Origin: Podarcis erhardii
Taxonomy: Eukaryota
DNA length: 64,000 bases
Assembly (NCBI GenBank): GCA_964252035.1
Contig: OZ176200.1
Direction: 5' to 3' (one strand)
In this document: positions 23,933 through 36,600 of the stretch, one piece after another
Layout of the letters: each line of letters opens with the position of its first letter
Position numbering within the stretch: the first letter of the stretch is position 1
Notes under the pieces: generated by a model
The model's database searches: none
Told to the model about the DNA's origin: nothing
The model's input: only the letters and a program-made list of their open reading frames with translations
Translations under genes and position numbers: made by a program

Positions 23933-24687
23933 GTTGTGTCTACATCAGAATGATGTGCTGCAGAAGGCCTCACTGTGCAGTTTGTTACCAGAAGGCAGAG
24001 GCAGTGACCCACCAACAGATGGGCCTGAGGGCAATGTGGTATGGGTCAAAGAGTCTAGAAGTGGGCAATGCCCACTTCTGGCTTGTTCTACTCACTGCCA
24101 GCCTTTGACAAATTACCTTTGAGAGACGAAAGAACCACACTGGCTCTTCAGATCACCAGATACTGGAGGCATAGAACAGCAGGTGGCCCTTGTCTTAATA
24201 CCCTGATTCTTATCTAGATGTTCAAAAGTTGGCTGCTTTTGAGAGCGGTATACTGAACTGTATGGTTCTTTGACCCCAGCACAGCAATCTTCATGCATCT
24301 CAGGACTGTCCAGAACTAGCTATGACATGAACTTTGTGGTTTCCTCCAAGTCATGTTGTTTGCTGAAGAATGGGCCTAGGAAACAGTGGTTGTTGCACAT
24401 TATGACAAGGACATAGGACCTTGGGGATTAGGGGCACTGACTCACATTTGGTCCCAAAAAACCTTTCCATGCTGTGCGCTGCAGCACCTTGCACTTCTAG
24501 ACTCTGGAAGTCACGAGTGCTGGAATAGCACACCCAGGATCCTGAATCAGAACCTTCCAGACGTGCTTCTAGTTCCTCAGCAAGCTTTATGCCAAATCTC
24601 TAATACTTTGCTGAGAATAAGTCCTCTTCTCATTGTCCTGTTAAAAAAGACTTTTCTATTTCTTTTATGTATCTGTTCTTTTTCCAG

Positions 24688-24715
24688 ATCATCAACCCAA
24701 ACTTCATCCAGGAAG
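24688..24715 (+). CDS. KALRN: Kalirin 28-nt microexon
   Basis: ccag|ATCATCAACCCAAACTTCATCCAGGAAG|gtgagt; IINPNFIQE; needed to keep frame into the Ig exon. Confidence 0.92.
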
Positions 24716-25544
24716 GTGAGTAAGGACAGAAATGTGGCAGGTTGTTCCCATGATCTAGCAAACCAAACATTGGGTTTAATCATCTTTGCCCAAACAAGTC
24801 CTGTGAAATCTTATCTGAGTAATTAGTCAAGAAAGAATGATGCCAAGCAAGTACCACTCACAGTCCCAAGGAATCTATTGCATGGTGAACCAGCCAGTTT
24901 GAACCCACATTCAAATTTTGTCTGGTAAATATGTGTGTGAGAGGGAGAGACATTCAGTATTCAATCATACTTCAGTGTTATGTTACTTGGATTAATATTT
25001 GGTTTCATATTGCATCTGTTCACAAAAAAATGAACATATTTAATTTATTTGAATGCGGTTTACTTGCTTTCCTTTGGTTTATTCAAATTTAAATAGATTT
25101 TGGTGTATTTTTAATACGATAAACATGATTTTAGTTTTTCATCCATCTTTGTGTTCTGGAGACTCACGTTTTGGTTTTGAAAGGCATGATATTGGTAACC
25201 CTTGTTCTAGAACTTCCTGCAGAATTCTTTGCAATCCTCTGGAATTTCATGGGAGACCACAGGATATAGGGTTTCCTCATGGAGACTTTCCAGGTGTGAA
25301 TTTGTGTGTGAAAGTGCTGAGATTTTCATGTTCCCGAGTTTCACCTGATAACAGATGCTGCTTTTATTGCTTGATGCTTGGTTTTACAGGAGGTGTTGGG
25401 CAAGGTCTTTATAACAGCCCTTTATAAATAACCCTCAATACAACAGAGGCATCACTGAGGCACATTTTGTATTTTCAACATCCTGTGGTTAGTTTTATGT
25501 TTTCAGTGAACATTATGTCTCTATACGTGTGGCCTTTGCTGCAG

Positions 25545-25716
25545 TTGCTCCAGAGTTTCTCGTGCCCTTAGTGGACATCACCTGCTTGCTTGGTGACACG
25601 GTAATGTTGCAGTGCAAAGTCTGTGGGCGACCAAAGCCAACCATAACCTGGAAAGGACCAGATCAGAACATCCTTGACAACGACAACAGCACAGCTGCAT
25701 ATGCAGTTTCCTCCTG
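25545..25716 (+). CDS. KALRN: Kalirin exon, Ig domain
   Basis: gcag|...|gtacgt; (V)APEFLVPLVDITCLLGDTVMLQCKVCGRPKPTITWKG...; 172 nt. Confidence 0.96.
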
Positions 25717-25969
25717 GTACGTTCATATTTTGCAGAGGGCGTTGGGATGTCACAAATGTAGCAGTTGCACTCCTAGAAAATGTGGTGCATTAAAAGTGTT
25801 TGAATCCAGCTAATGACCCTATATGCCCAACTATGTTAGGAGAGCCAGTTTAGGACACTGAAATTTGAAAAAAATAAATAAGTGTAGGCATATGGTTGGC
25901 GAATGTGGGAACAGGCTGCTGAACTAAATGGGTGTTTGATCTGATGAAGCAAGATTGTTTCTTATCATT

Positions 25970-26185
25970 CCTCCTCAAAGGGGGAATTGGACAAATTAAT
26001 GGAGGATAAGGCTTTCAAGGTACTAGCCACTAGCTCTGCCTCCATGGTTGCTGGGGACCACAGAAGGGGAGAGTGTTATTGTGCTAGGCTCCTGATTGCC
26101 AGTTTCCTACAGCCATCTAGTTGGCTGCTATGAGAATAGGATGCTGAGCTAGGTGGGCCACTGGCCTGATCCAGTCCAGATCAAA
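25970..26185 (+). mobile_element. CR1 LINE 3' fragment
   Basis: ttggacaaattaatggaggat (LDKLMED, like the CR1 ORF2 end) plus ...gatgctgagctaggtgggccactggcctgatccag; related to 55440-55732 and 9155-9240. Confidence 0.6.
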
Positions 26186-26213
26186 GCATGGCTTCAGAAG
26201 AGGAAGGAGGTTA

Positions 26214-26277
26214 TTAATAATAATAATTAATAATTTTATTATTTATACCCCGTCCATCTAGCTGGGTTTCCCCAGCA
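26214..26277 (-). mobile_element. Retroposon 3' tail with (TAA)n microsatellite, family unassigned
   Basis: (taa)n tttattatttataccccgtccatctagctgggtttcccc. Confidence 0.45.
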
Positions 26278-27162
26278 CCACCCTCATCACTTTCAAGGGA
26301 GCTGGAGCCATACCTTCTCTAAGGGAGGTTTTAATCAACTCCCTGATCACAAGAGAGAAAGAGAATGAACACATGTAGTAAGCCACACCTCTGAAAGAAC
26401 CTTGTCCACATCCTCAGGAAACAATGAGGGAAATTCATCAGAGCAACTGAATGCTTCTGATGATAAGAAATCAAGGACACTTTAGATATAGGCGCTGTAG
26501 TCAAAGGCATGTATATGATGTGAGTACTTTTATCCATGAAATACATCACAGAGTACAACCACAGAATTGTTCCGTACTGTTTCCATGTGACATTTTCATG
26601 CATCTTAAAGTATGTGGCTGCAAGCATTTTTTAAAAGTGAAGCAAGGGAAATAGTTCTTGGTTAGCCCTCTCGTCAGGTCAAAAGGAAATATTGATGTTC
26701 TCTGTGGGACACCCCTATTGCCTTTATAATGGGTTTTTCTGGCACTGCAGCAACATTTCACTGTTTATTCTGACTCCAGGAGAGGCAGGCAGTGCACGTT
26801 TAAGTGATAGTATCAGAAGAAGCAGAGGACCACAATAACAGCCCACACTGATTTTATTTTTATTTTAAAAAACAAACCACTTTCTACCTGGTGCTGAACT
26901 GTGCCATTCTTATGGGCCTCTAAATCATTAATCATTAACACAGAGAGCTGGATCCATTACTACTTTCTTCCTCCTCTCCTTGTAAGTCACCTGCATCCAC
27001 AAAACTGCATGATACGAAGGGCTCTACTTGTCTGCTATCCACAGAGACTTGTTTTCTGTGTCAGTTGAAATGGATTGGCAGCAGCTTGCCACTGGAAACT
27101 GAGCCAGTGTAAAATGCTTAGCAGAGTAACAGATTAAAACACTGACATCTGCACCTCTCCAG

Positions 27163-27284
27163 CGATTCAGGTGAAATCACTCTGAAGATCTGTAATGTAA
27201 TGCCTCAAGACAGCGGTATTTATACTTGTGTGGCAACAAATGAGCTTGGAACAGCGTCCACTTCGGCTACAATAAAAGTACAAG
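27163..27284 (+). CDS. KALRN: Kalirin exon, Ig domain
   Basis: ccag|...|gtaatg; (C)DSGEITLKICNVMPQDSGIYTCVATN... (I-set DSGxYxC motif); 122 nt. Confidence 0.96.
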
Positions 27285-28183
27285 GTAATGGATTTCTTGC
27301 TGGTTTTTTGTATATTTGCTCAGCCAGAGCTTTCATTGGTTTAAATCATCGTGCAATCAGCTTTTGAAATGTTTGGTTTAATGGTACATGGGCCTGTATA
27401 CCACTTCAAAATGCAGGTGAGGAATCCACACATGTCAAAACTATCCCTGTCTGTGGAAAGCTGGCGTGATAGGCTTTTGCAGACCAGGTTAGTTGTGTAT
27501 GTGTGTGATACTCAAATGGGTAATTCCTCATTTGCATTTGAAATACTACATGTACTTTGTGTACTACTTTCTACATGGAAATATTAAGTACATGGGAAAT
27601 AACCAGTTCTCCCCTCCACATGCCCCCATCGCTACAAATTTATCTCTTCCCCTTCATCTCTCTAACACATATATACACACACAGTTAAAGTGATATAATC
27701 CTAGAGGGTGAACAGCATACTTCCCTCTACCACCCTAAACATGTATATCAGCTCTCATGTGTACTATTATTTTCAAGAAAAACTTAGACAACAAAGTTAA
27801 TTGCCCACAATTTTGGTATATAGCATGGCCCATTGTCACCAAATGGGTGCTGGCTGGTGATACTTGGATTAGATTAATTGCAGGTTTTGTGGGAGCAAGA
27901 GGAATTAGGGCTAAAATTTTGGGAGGAGTAGAGTTAGCGTCCCTGCCCCAACCATTTCCCCACCCCTCCAACCTGTCATTTATCCTGCAGAGTAAAGCAT
28001 ACAAGTACAGAATCAGATTCTAGATCTCTGGCAGTCTCTAATAGTTGTGTCCTAATACATGTCCATCAGTTCTCCTGTACCCATGACTGCGCTAGGAAAC
28101 ACTCTCTGTGTGTTTTAATAAACCCTCTTTCGCGTGCTTTGCAATGCAACTCTCCTGATTTTGCTCCCCTGCCTACACCCCAG

Positions 28184-28315
28184 GTGTCCCTGCAGCCCCA
28201 AATCGCCCTATTGCTCAGGAAAGAAGCTGCACCTCGGTGATTCTTCGCTGGCTGCCTCCATCCAGTACAGGGAACTGCACCATTTCAGGTTACACAGTGG
28301 AGTACAGAGAAGAAG
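28184..28315 (+). CDS. KALRN: Kalirin exon, FN3
   Basis: ccag|...|gtatat; (G)VPAAPNRPIAQERSCTSVILRWLPP...GYTVEYREE; 132 nt. Confidence 0.96.
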
Positions 28316-29093
28316 GTATATGCTTAAACTCATAATACACCTTTGGTCTGCAACTGATTGTAATAGGATGATCCAGGTTGTTGTGCGGAACTGCTAGGCT
28401 GAGCTAATAGGCTTCGGTGCCTTTTAATTTGGGGTGTTGCCTATCCTGCCTCTTTCTGCTAGGGTTGTCTGGTGCAAATGGGAGGTTGTGAGCAAGTTAG
28501 CAGCAGTGGCTTCACCATTACCTTTCCCTCCCATCTGCAAGTGGGACAACTCGCGTCCCGTGGCAGGCAGGAGAATACAGGTGAGCAGAACTGGCTTGAG
28601 GTTTTGGGAGCCATTGGGTAAGAAGCCCTAGCGACCTCTTTCCTCCCTGCTACTACCCACTTGCACACTCTCTCTTTCTCTGCCACCAAGTGAGCAGGCA
28701 GTGGCAATTGCTGCTCCTTCCCTTCACTCCCATGGCTTCTTTGCATTGCCTGCTGTGGGCCAGTGGGAGAGAGCAGGCCAGTGGGTGGCAATGGCAAGAG
28801 AAGCAACAGCAGGGCCAGGTTCTTCTGCTGTTCAGCAGTGGACCTCCAGCTTAACCATGGGCCTCTGAGGATGCAAGTGCAAGTGGAGCAAGGGAGCACC
28901 AGTTTTACACGGGGTTGCCAGCCTATTTAAGTGAAAGGCAAAACCTATGGACTTGATCTGGCAAGCCTGTTTTCAGTCATCCTGGCTCTCACAGTCCAGA
29001 TGTGAAGGGTTCTTCAACTGGTGGTGATCACCACACTGGTCCATACACCTGACAAAGACCAGTGAAAAATGCATGACCAGCATGCTGCAATAA

Positions 29094-29300
29094 GCTGGGG
29101 GAAGGAACCTCAGGCCCATAGACCAAATGTGGCCCTCCAGGCCTTTCTGTCTAGCCCTCAAGCAAGACTCCTAGGCAGCACACCTCACTGCCCCTACTTC
29201 CTGCCTCTCTCGAGTGTTTTTTGCCTGGCTAGAATGCATTGTTGAACTCTGAGAATGCCTCTTGCTTGCCGGGATGGAGGACAGAGAGGAATGTTTGCAT
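29094..29300 (+). mobile_element. Degenerate hAT-like DNA element
   Basis: ggaacctcaggcccatagaccaaatgtggccctc resembles the 5' end of the 6451 element. Confidence 0.4.
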
Positions 29301-29955
29301 GTGTGTAGAAACTAGCCTATTGTACATTTTACATTTAATGGTTCTTCCCACTTTTGCCTCTGGCACTGCCCACCACTGGCATGTGGCTATCAGAAGATTG
29401 CCCAGAAGAGAATGGGTAGTAATTTGAAGTTCTTAACAGCTGGCTCTGAAGTGGTAGAACAGACCATACTGCTTCAGTCCACAGAGGATGAAGAGTATTA
29501 CTCAATACTTTCCTGTGCAAATTTTATTTATTTATGTATTTATTCAACTCCCTACCAATAGAAAATAAAGTTCTAATGATTTCCCCATTGCACTAGTTTT
29601 CCACTTGGAATGATTTTTTTAATATGGTGTTCAGAAATAATGTCTCTTACCTCTAGTCTAATATGGTATAGACCATTCTACAACATCACACTACTGCATG
29701 TTTAAATCAGACAACACAAGACAAAGTGGTTGCTACTTTTCTTAGCTTTTTTTTTTTTTTTTAAGCACAGGAGACTTCTGAAAGAATCTGTATTTCTTTC
29801 CTTTTTTTATCAATTAGGGCCAGATTAAGGCTTAGTCTCAGTGTGGTGGGGTGGAGGGGAAGAGTCAGTAAGGCACAGCATCCTCCCTTCTCTAAAATCT
29901 ATAGTCATGTTCTTTTAAAAAATGTTATCTTAATCTCTCTCTGCATAACCCATAG

Positions 29956-30120
29956 GCTCACAGGTCTGGCAGCAGTCTGTTGCCTCCACCTTGGACACCT
30001 ACCTTGTTATTGAAGATCTCACACCTGGATGCCAATATCAGTTCCGAGTCAGCGCCAGCAACCCCTGGGGAATCAGTTTGCCCAGCGAGGCCTCTGAATT
30101 TGTGAAACTTCCAGAATACG
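29956..30120 (+). CDS. KALRN: Kalirin exon, FN3
   Basis: atag|...|gtgaga; (G)SQVWQQSVASTLDTYLVIEDLTPGCQYQFRVSASN...LPEY; 165 nt. Confidence 0.96.
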
Positions 30121-30325
30121 GTGAGAACATGGTCAAAAAGGGAAGGATACTAATTTTCAGAAGAAATAATATTAGCACTTGTGGGTCAGAGTTCTGCTTC
30201 AAAAGCTAAAGTTTGTTTGATTATCAAGCTTCTTGTTGGCATTTTGTAGTCAACTATAGATATCTGAGGGCAACGTATATATGATTGTGTCTTTTCCGAT
30301 CAGCACACATGTATTTAGATCAGCT

Positions 30326-30377
30326 GTTTTGTTTTGTTTTGTTTTTTGTTTTGTTTTGTTTTGTTTTGTTTTGTTTT
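30326..30377. repeat. (GTTTT)n pentanucleotide repeat
   Basis: About 10 units, one imperfect. Confidence 0.9.
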
Positions 30378-30554
30378 CAAGGCATAATCTTTAGGAGCCG
30401 GGTGCACATTCGGTGGCATGCCATCTGCTTGCTTGTCAAGGCTCTCGCATGATTTTCTTTCTTTAAACTTTTCCCTTTGTATTACTGATGTGTAATAAAG
30501 ACTATAATTGGCATTGCAACCAACTCTATTTCCCCATCCCTTTGGGTTTCACAG

Positions 30555-30633
30555 ACTCTGCAGCAGATGGAGCCACCGTGACCTGGAAAGAGAACTTTGA
30601 TTTCGCCTACACAGAACTGAATGAGATTGGAAG
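30555..30633 (+). CDS. KALRN: Kalirin exon, start of kinase
   Basis: acag|...|gtgaat; (D)SAADGATVTWKENFDFAYTELNEIG(R); 79 nt. Confidence 0.95.
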
Positions 30634-30782
30634 GTGAATTATTTCACTAAATGAGATTGGAATCAATTATTTCACTAAAACACACAAGCCAGGTGTTAAA
30701 AGTGTTTCTTTTAAGTTATCTGTTAAGGCAGTGGGTGCATGATTTATGAATGAATAATGCTTATTATCATTTCTCTCCACAG

Positions 30783-30983
30783 GGGTCGATTTGCTGTTGT
30801 AAAGAAATGTATCCACAAAGCCACCAGGAAGGATGTTGCAGTGAAGTTCATCAATAAAAAAATGAAGAAGGAAGAGCAGGCAGCACACGAGGCGGCCATG
30901 TTGCAACATTTGCAGCATCCTCAGTATATCACTATTCATGACACCTATGAGTCACCCTCCTCCTATATATTAATTTTAGAACT
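30783..30983 (+). CDS. KALRN: Kalirin exon, kinase N-lobe
   Basis: acag|...|gtaagt; GRFAVVKKC...DVAVKF...ILILE(L); 201 nt. Confidence 0.97.
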
Positions 30984-31391
30984 GTAAGTCTTTTGATGGA
31001 AGCTAAACTTCTTGTTATACTGAGGGAATTCTCCATCTTTGCAATCACACATTTCATGATTGTAATGAAAATGATTTCATTTCCCCATGAAAAGAGCAAT
31101 ATTTCAGATGACTGTGAATGTCAGATTCACACAATCCAGTATGTGCATTGGCCAGGGGGGTGGGGGTTGGCATAATAAGTCAGTGTGAAGTAGCATGCAC
31201 TTAAATAAAGAGTCCTATACTGTATTTAAAATGAGATAGCCCTTATTACACTGCAATATATAAGTATTTTATTTATTGCTTTTTAAAAATGCCACTTCCA
31301 TTATAAGGCGTTAGTCGCATGTTTGAAGTATTAGCAAGAGTTTGTCATTATGCTAGATTTCTTTTCTCAGTGCATAATTGTTGGCTTTTAG

Positions 31392-31530
31392 GATGGATGA
31401 TGGCCGTCTCTTGGACTACTTAATGAATCATGATGAATTGATGGAGGAGAAAGTAGCTTTTTACATAAGAGACACAATGGAAGCCTTACAGTACCTTCAC
31501 AACTGCCGAGTCGCTCATTTGGATATAAAG
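31392..31530 (+). CDS. KALRN: Kalirin exon, kinase catalytic loop
   Basis: ttag|...|gtagga; MDDGRLLDYLM...LHNCRVAHLDIK; 139 nt. Confidence 0.97.
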
Positions 31531-33095
31531 GTAGGAAGCTTGTGTATATATCTCTCTATCATGGTGAATTCCAAGCATTCAGTCTATTCTAAATCCAGGT
31601 GAAGAGACAATCTACCTATAATGAAAACACTTAAAAGTACCTGCTTTGTGTCACTAATCTGTCCTTCTTTCAACTACTTCTTTATAGCCATATTTGTGAT
31701 GAAGGCATCTGGTCCAAATTTCAATAAAAATTCCAAGCAGTTCTGAGAATTCACTTACAGGATATCATTTTTTCTGTTTTAATATCTTGTCATTAACAAA
31801 TGACATATAACCAGTGCCTTTTTTCTTTCAAAAAAAAAAGCCTTTAGGGTTACTCTCATTTTGACTCAAGAAAATACCATTTTATAGTTCAAATTGGGAA
31901 AAATAAATACATTAAAGTGCAAAACTTCACAAAATGTTTCAGGGTATGCATACCCCTGCGTCCCCTCAGAAAAAAATAACTGCGTATAACTCACATACAT
32001 CTTCAATGTTTTCCCACAAAGATCCAACATGCCAGTTCTTTCCTTCCTTTCATACAAAAGCTCCTTGTTGAAAAATGTGCAATTGGGGGGGTGGAGGGGG
32101 ATGATGAGATCTCATTTCATTTGTCCACATAACTTTGCTTATACCTTGATAGAGATGTAAACATAAAGCTAATTTACCGGTATATGTTGCTTACATGAAG
32201 CTTAAATCCTTCCTTAGACTGGCTCAGAATGTTGTGAAACATGGATACTTCAGCAACATATGCACATGGAATAAGCAGTGCAACAGAGGCTTATTCTTGT
32301 TTTTTAGTGAAATGGCCTGAGTAACCAGACTGTCTACATGTCTGCACTGCAACTCAAAACATACACAGTGTTGGCTTATAGCAGTTTTGTTGCCTTTTCT
32401 GCTTAACTAGGTTTTTTCTCAAACTACTACTCGGACATGAACTTATATCTGCATAAATCTAAGATGTAAAATATTTTCTGTAAGTTTGTACATGATGCTT
32501 GCCATTCACCCACCTCTACCTAGTGGGCAGTTGTGGCCTGTACATCTTACAGGCTGGCCTCCTGTAGTGCCTTTTGTTTTAAACATCATTGTACTCCAAT
32601 GTAGACAAGTTTCAAAATGTCTCTATCCTTCAGCTGGTATCCATTGAAACCTTTCACTCAAGTTTGTGCATTGTGCATGGTGCTTTGCTGGGTGGTCAAT
32701 CTAATATTATAATTAAGGCTGCAATCCTCTATACGTGAAAGTAAGGCCTATTGAACACAGTGGAACTTACTTCTGAGCAAATATTCACTGAAATGCTCTG
32801 TAAGTACCAAAATGTAAAGCCTCCAAATTAGCTGAGCAAATACTTATAGTACTTACTTGGGACATACGTGTGTTCTGAAGAAGTGCCAGCACATACATTG
32901 TTGGTACATTTTTTTCCTTAACAGGAAAAGCAAAAGAATGTATGATCTGAAGGACCACAGGAACCACATATACACTGTCCTGGGTTCTGTGGTGGAAGGC
33001 AGGCAGGCTGTAAATGTGATAAATGTTGGCTTAAACTGATTTATAATACAAAAGCAATGAACAATGGAACCTTTTTTTATCCTTGCTCTCCACAG

Positions 33096-33641
33096 CCAGA
33101 AAATTTGCTCATTGATTTGCGGATCCCGGTGCCTCGCGTTAAGCTAATAGACCTGGAAGATGCTGTTCAAATCACTGGCCATTACCATGTTCATCATCTC
33201 CTTGGAAACCCTGAATTTGCTGCTCCAGAAGTTATCCAAGGTGCTCCTGTTTCACTGGGCACAGATATTTGGAGCCTGGGTGTGCTCACCTATGTCATGC
33301 TGAGTGGTGTGTCCCCCTTTCTGGATGAAAGCAGGGAGGAGACTTGCATCAATGTGTGCCGAGTGGACTTCAGCTTTCCCAGTGAGTACTTCTGTGATGT
33401 AAGCCATGCTGCCAGAGACTTCATCACTGTCATCCTTCAGGAAGACTTCAGGAGGAGGCCAACAGCAGCCACTTGTCTGCAGCACCCTTGGTTGCAGTTT
33501 CACAACGGCAGCTATTCCAAAATCCCACTGGATACCTCACGCCTATCCAGCTTCATTGAACGCCGCAAACACCAGTTTGATGTGCGGCCAATTCCCAATG
33601 TTAAGAGTTTCATAATGAGCAGGATGAACCCAGGAATATAA
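33096..33641 (+). CDS. KALRN: Kalirin last coding exon, kinase C-lobe and C-terminus
   Basis: acag|PENLLIDL...KLIDLEDA...GNPEFAAPE...DIWSLGV...RMNPGI TAA; 546 nt. Confidence 0.97.
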   Translation, partial: PENLLIDLRIPVPRVKLIDLEDAVQITGHYHVHHLLGNPEFAAPEVIQGAPVSLGTDIWSLGVLTYVMLSGVSPFLDESREETCINVCRVDFSFPSEYFCDVSHAARDFITVILQEDFRRRPTAATCLQHPWLQFHNGSYSKIPLDTSRLSSFIERRKHQFDVRPIPNVKSFIMSRMNPGI

Positions 33642-36600
33642 TGCAATACAAGTACCTTGATTTGACACTGAAGCACCATGGCGTGTGAAAAGAGAGAAGG
33701 TGGAATCTCTCTCTTTATGTCTGTGTAAAGTATTCTAGTTGATGTGATGTCAAAGAAAGTGTATGTACTTTTCCAGCAGTTGCATTATCTAACTGGTTAG
33801 AACTAGAGGCTTTCAGATGTTGCATATGCAACTCCTCGCGTGGCTTATCTTGCAATGATGAAGTCATGTCAAATACAGAAGAATATTTTAGAAAAATACA
33901 TCATTTGAAAATGGTAACCAAAACACCATTGCCTTACTTTTGAAAGGCAGCCTTCTAAAAGACCTGGACACCCTTGCTGATCTTATTAAACTTTAACTCA
34001 TGTATTTGAAAGGCAACGAAAAGTAAAGAAATAAAACTAGGCTGACCCTCCACAGCCAGCATTTCCTGAAACAACAACACTGGACTGGATTCGAGATTTT
34101 GCAGAAATAGTTGCTCCTCAAGTCCTAATGAAGCTCTGTTTCACTAGGAGAATTCCACTTGTCTTCAATAAGAATTAACCTTGTGGCAGAATTGTTTTTT
34201 TATGGCCCTTGTGCTATCATAATGTCAGCTTTGCCTGTAAAGTGACTTAGGTATGCCGTATTGGTCAGGATCATAGTATACCTTTGTCAAAAGTCCTTTG
34301 GATTCTCCAGCATTCACATGTTCAAAGCTAACATACTGTAAAGTAGCAATGTGCTACGGCTAAGATGGTAAATTCACTGGAACAAAAAATGTTTTGATGA
34401 AGCACAATGAGACATTTTTTAAAGTAAATTTTTATAGCTCTTGTACAGACTTTTTTGTGAAACCTGTGTGTTAAGAAAAGGCTATGTTACAATAATTACT
34501 GTTATCTGTAAACTAGATGTCAAAGACTTTTTCTATTGCAGAATGTTTGTTGAATTCTCATATAGTCTGTAAAATGAAAAGGAATCTTATTCCTTTTTCA
34601 GTTTTAAAAGTTGATCAGTTGTGAAATCAATCCAAAGTTGGCCAAAGTGTGGTAAACATAGTGGGTCCATCCTTACAATTATTGCTTCAAAATTAGTCTT
34701 GATGTGTGAGACTGGTAGTTTACTGCATATTTGTACACATGCATCTCTCTTCCTAGCTCCAGAATCCTAACTTCTATGCTAGCATATTTGTTCCATCCCA
34801 AACTCTGGTGTTAAATAACAATTCAAAAAAGACTATTAATATAAAAAGTCATTGGTCCATTATTGTGCACTAAACACGCCACTAACTTAATAGCCCCTTA
34901 TAAATCATCAAAGTATTTTCAAACTAAGAAGCTTTTGAATAGTTCCAAATTGCAGTTATCTCAAATTAATATTGTAAGAACTAGTCCAGCTTTTCACACC
35001 AAGAGGAATTTAGTGCCAAGACAGTGACTGACCATATCCTAATCATTTAGAAATCAATCAGCAATTCATAGTTAACTTTTTCCTCTATCCCACCAACTAA
35101 TCTTCTATAAACTCTGCAATGTGGCAATGGACCTAGTAATAATCAAAGGCATGGTGAGCTCTCTCATTTTGCCTGTTCAGTTGGCATCCATTTGTTGAAC
35201 ACAATATACTAATGGTTCTGGCACATCTTTTAGTCACTTGTGTCCTAAGTAGCTGTCAGGATTAGGCAACCTGTTAGCCAAGTGACAAGGGTTCTGTAGC
35301 CTCTCAGTGGCACCTGACATATTATATTAACCTGGAGTATTTTACCGTTTTCTCCTTTCTCTTGCCCAAAACCCCAAACAGATCAAATCAGGAGCTGTAA
35401 ATGTTCTTGCTAGAGTGAGAGTAATAAGAAAGGTGGTGAACACACTGATGTCTGGTGAACCAAGAAACAAGCCAACAAATCAGTACAGAAAAGGAGAAAG
35501 GTACTTGACTTAGATTTTCTGGCTAGAAAATGTGGTTCAACAAAGCAGAGGGCCTTTCCATAGGGAAAGAAGCTGATGTCCTTTAACTTTTCAATGAAGT
35601 GGTTTTTTCCTGCTATTTTTTAATCAAGAGGTTTGTTATACTATGAACATGCAGTGATCATCCAACCCACTGTTATAATAAGGAATGTGGGGATAGGATC
35701 AACTCTTGAGGTTCCTTTTAGTTGCTACAGTTCCTCAAGGCACTGACAATCATCCAGAGGCGGAGCATATCGGCTCAGGTATAAACGACGGCCAAGATCC
35801 AGCCCAAGTTACCCATGGCGGAATCCCACTGTAATCAATGGAAGATATTAGTCACAACTAAGTAGTCCCAGTGGCTTCAGTGTGACCTAGGCTAGCTACA
35901 ATCCTATGCATACTTAATGGAAAGCTAGTTCCGCTGAACACAGTAGGTACTTCCTTCCGAGCATGGGCAGCCCAAAACATGTTGATGTCAGAGGCAAAGG
36001 GACAAGATGGTGTCTTTCCCCATTCTATGTACAAAAGCCAAGGAGACTTCAGCTCTGTTGATGGGGCAGCATCCTCCACTGCATCTGAGTGCCGTGAGCT
36101 AGTTCAGGGATGCATTACAGGCCATGCAACATGAACAGTTCTGTTTCCAGGCTTTCAGCATCTGCGCAAGGCGGCTTCTTCACGTTACACGATAACCATT
36201 GAGCCAGCGCTGCTTCTGAATAAACATACGTAACATAGTGAGACCAGACTGCATGTCATGGATCACTTCACTGGAACCAAGGTCAACCTCAGTAAAGCAT
36301 CACAACTTTTAGATATGATAAAATAAATAGATGTGGATCTTTGCCACATCTCCTTGTTCTTTCCAGCTGCAGTAGCCACATCAAGAATGCCTACCTACTT
36401 TCTAGTTCTGTTCTTCTACATATACGTGGAAGAGTGACTGTCAAAATGTGTACCTACTTTTGGTTATTTTATTTGTGATTCTGGGGAAATGCAAAAGAGA
36501 TTACTTAAGCATCCTTGAAGAAGAAACCTCTATGGTACATTGAAATCCCTATGGAATAATCACCTATGGGGGAAAAATACCTGAATCTGTGGCAAGCAAA

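Noticed and set aside
24386-24826. 146-aa ORF overlapping the microexon
   Set aside because: Low-information intronic frame with no domain resemblance; the real exon is read in a different frame.
28459-28899. 146-aa minus-strand ORF in a GC-rich intron block
   Set aside because: Stop-poor because of GC content; no recognisable protein; probably decayed repeat sequence.
33057-33095. In-frame intronic ATG ahead of the last KALRN exon as a mini-kinase start
   Set aside because: It lies in the branch/pyrimidine region and would give only a kinase C-lobe; no promoter evidence.
33150-33170. DLE in place of the kinase DFG motif as a novel pseudokinase lesion
   Set aside because: As I recall, human kalirin has the same IDLEDA sequence. 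VAVK and HLDIKPEN are intact, so this is a family trait.
217-33641. Assignment to the paralogue TRIO
   Set aside because: The FN3 domain before the kinase, kalirin-type peptides (KSCSWHTLRMRK, ETNSSEESEC) and adjacency to UMPS and ITGB5 all indicate KALRN.
33689-33716. 9-bp hairpin early in the KALRN 3' UTR
   Set aside because: Built from (GA)n/(TC)n low-complexity sequence; expected by chance.
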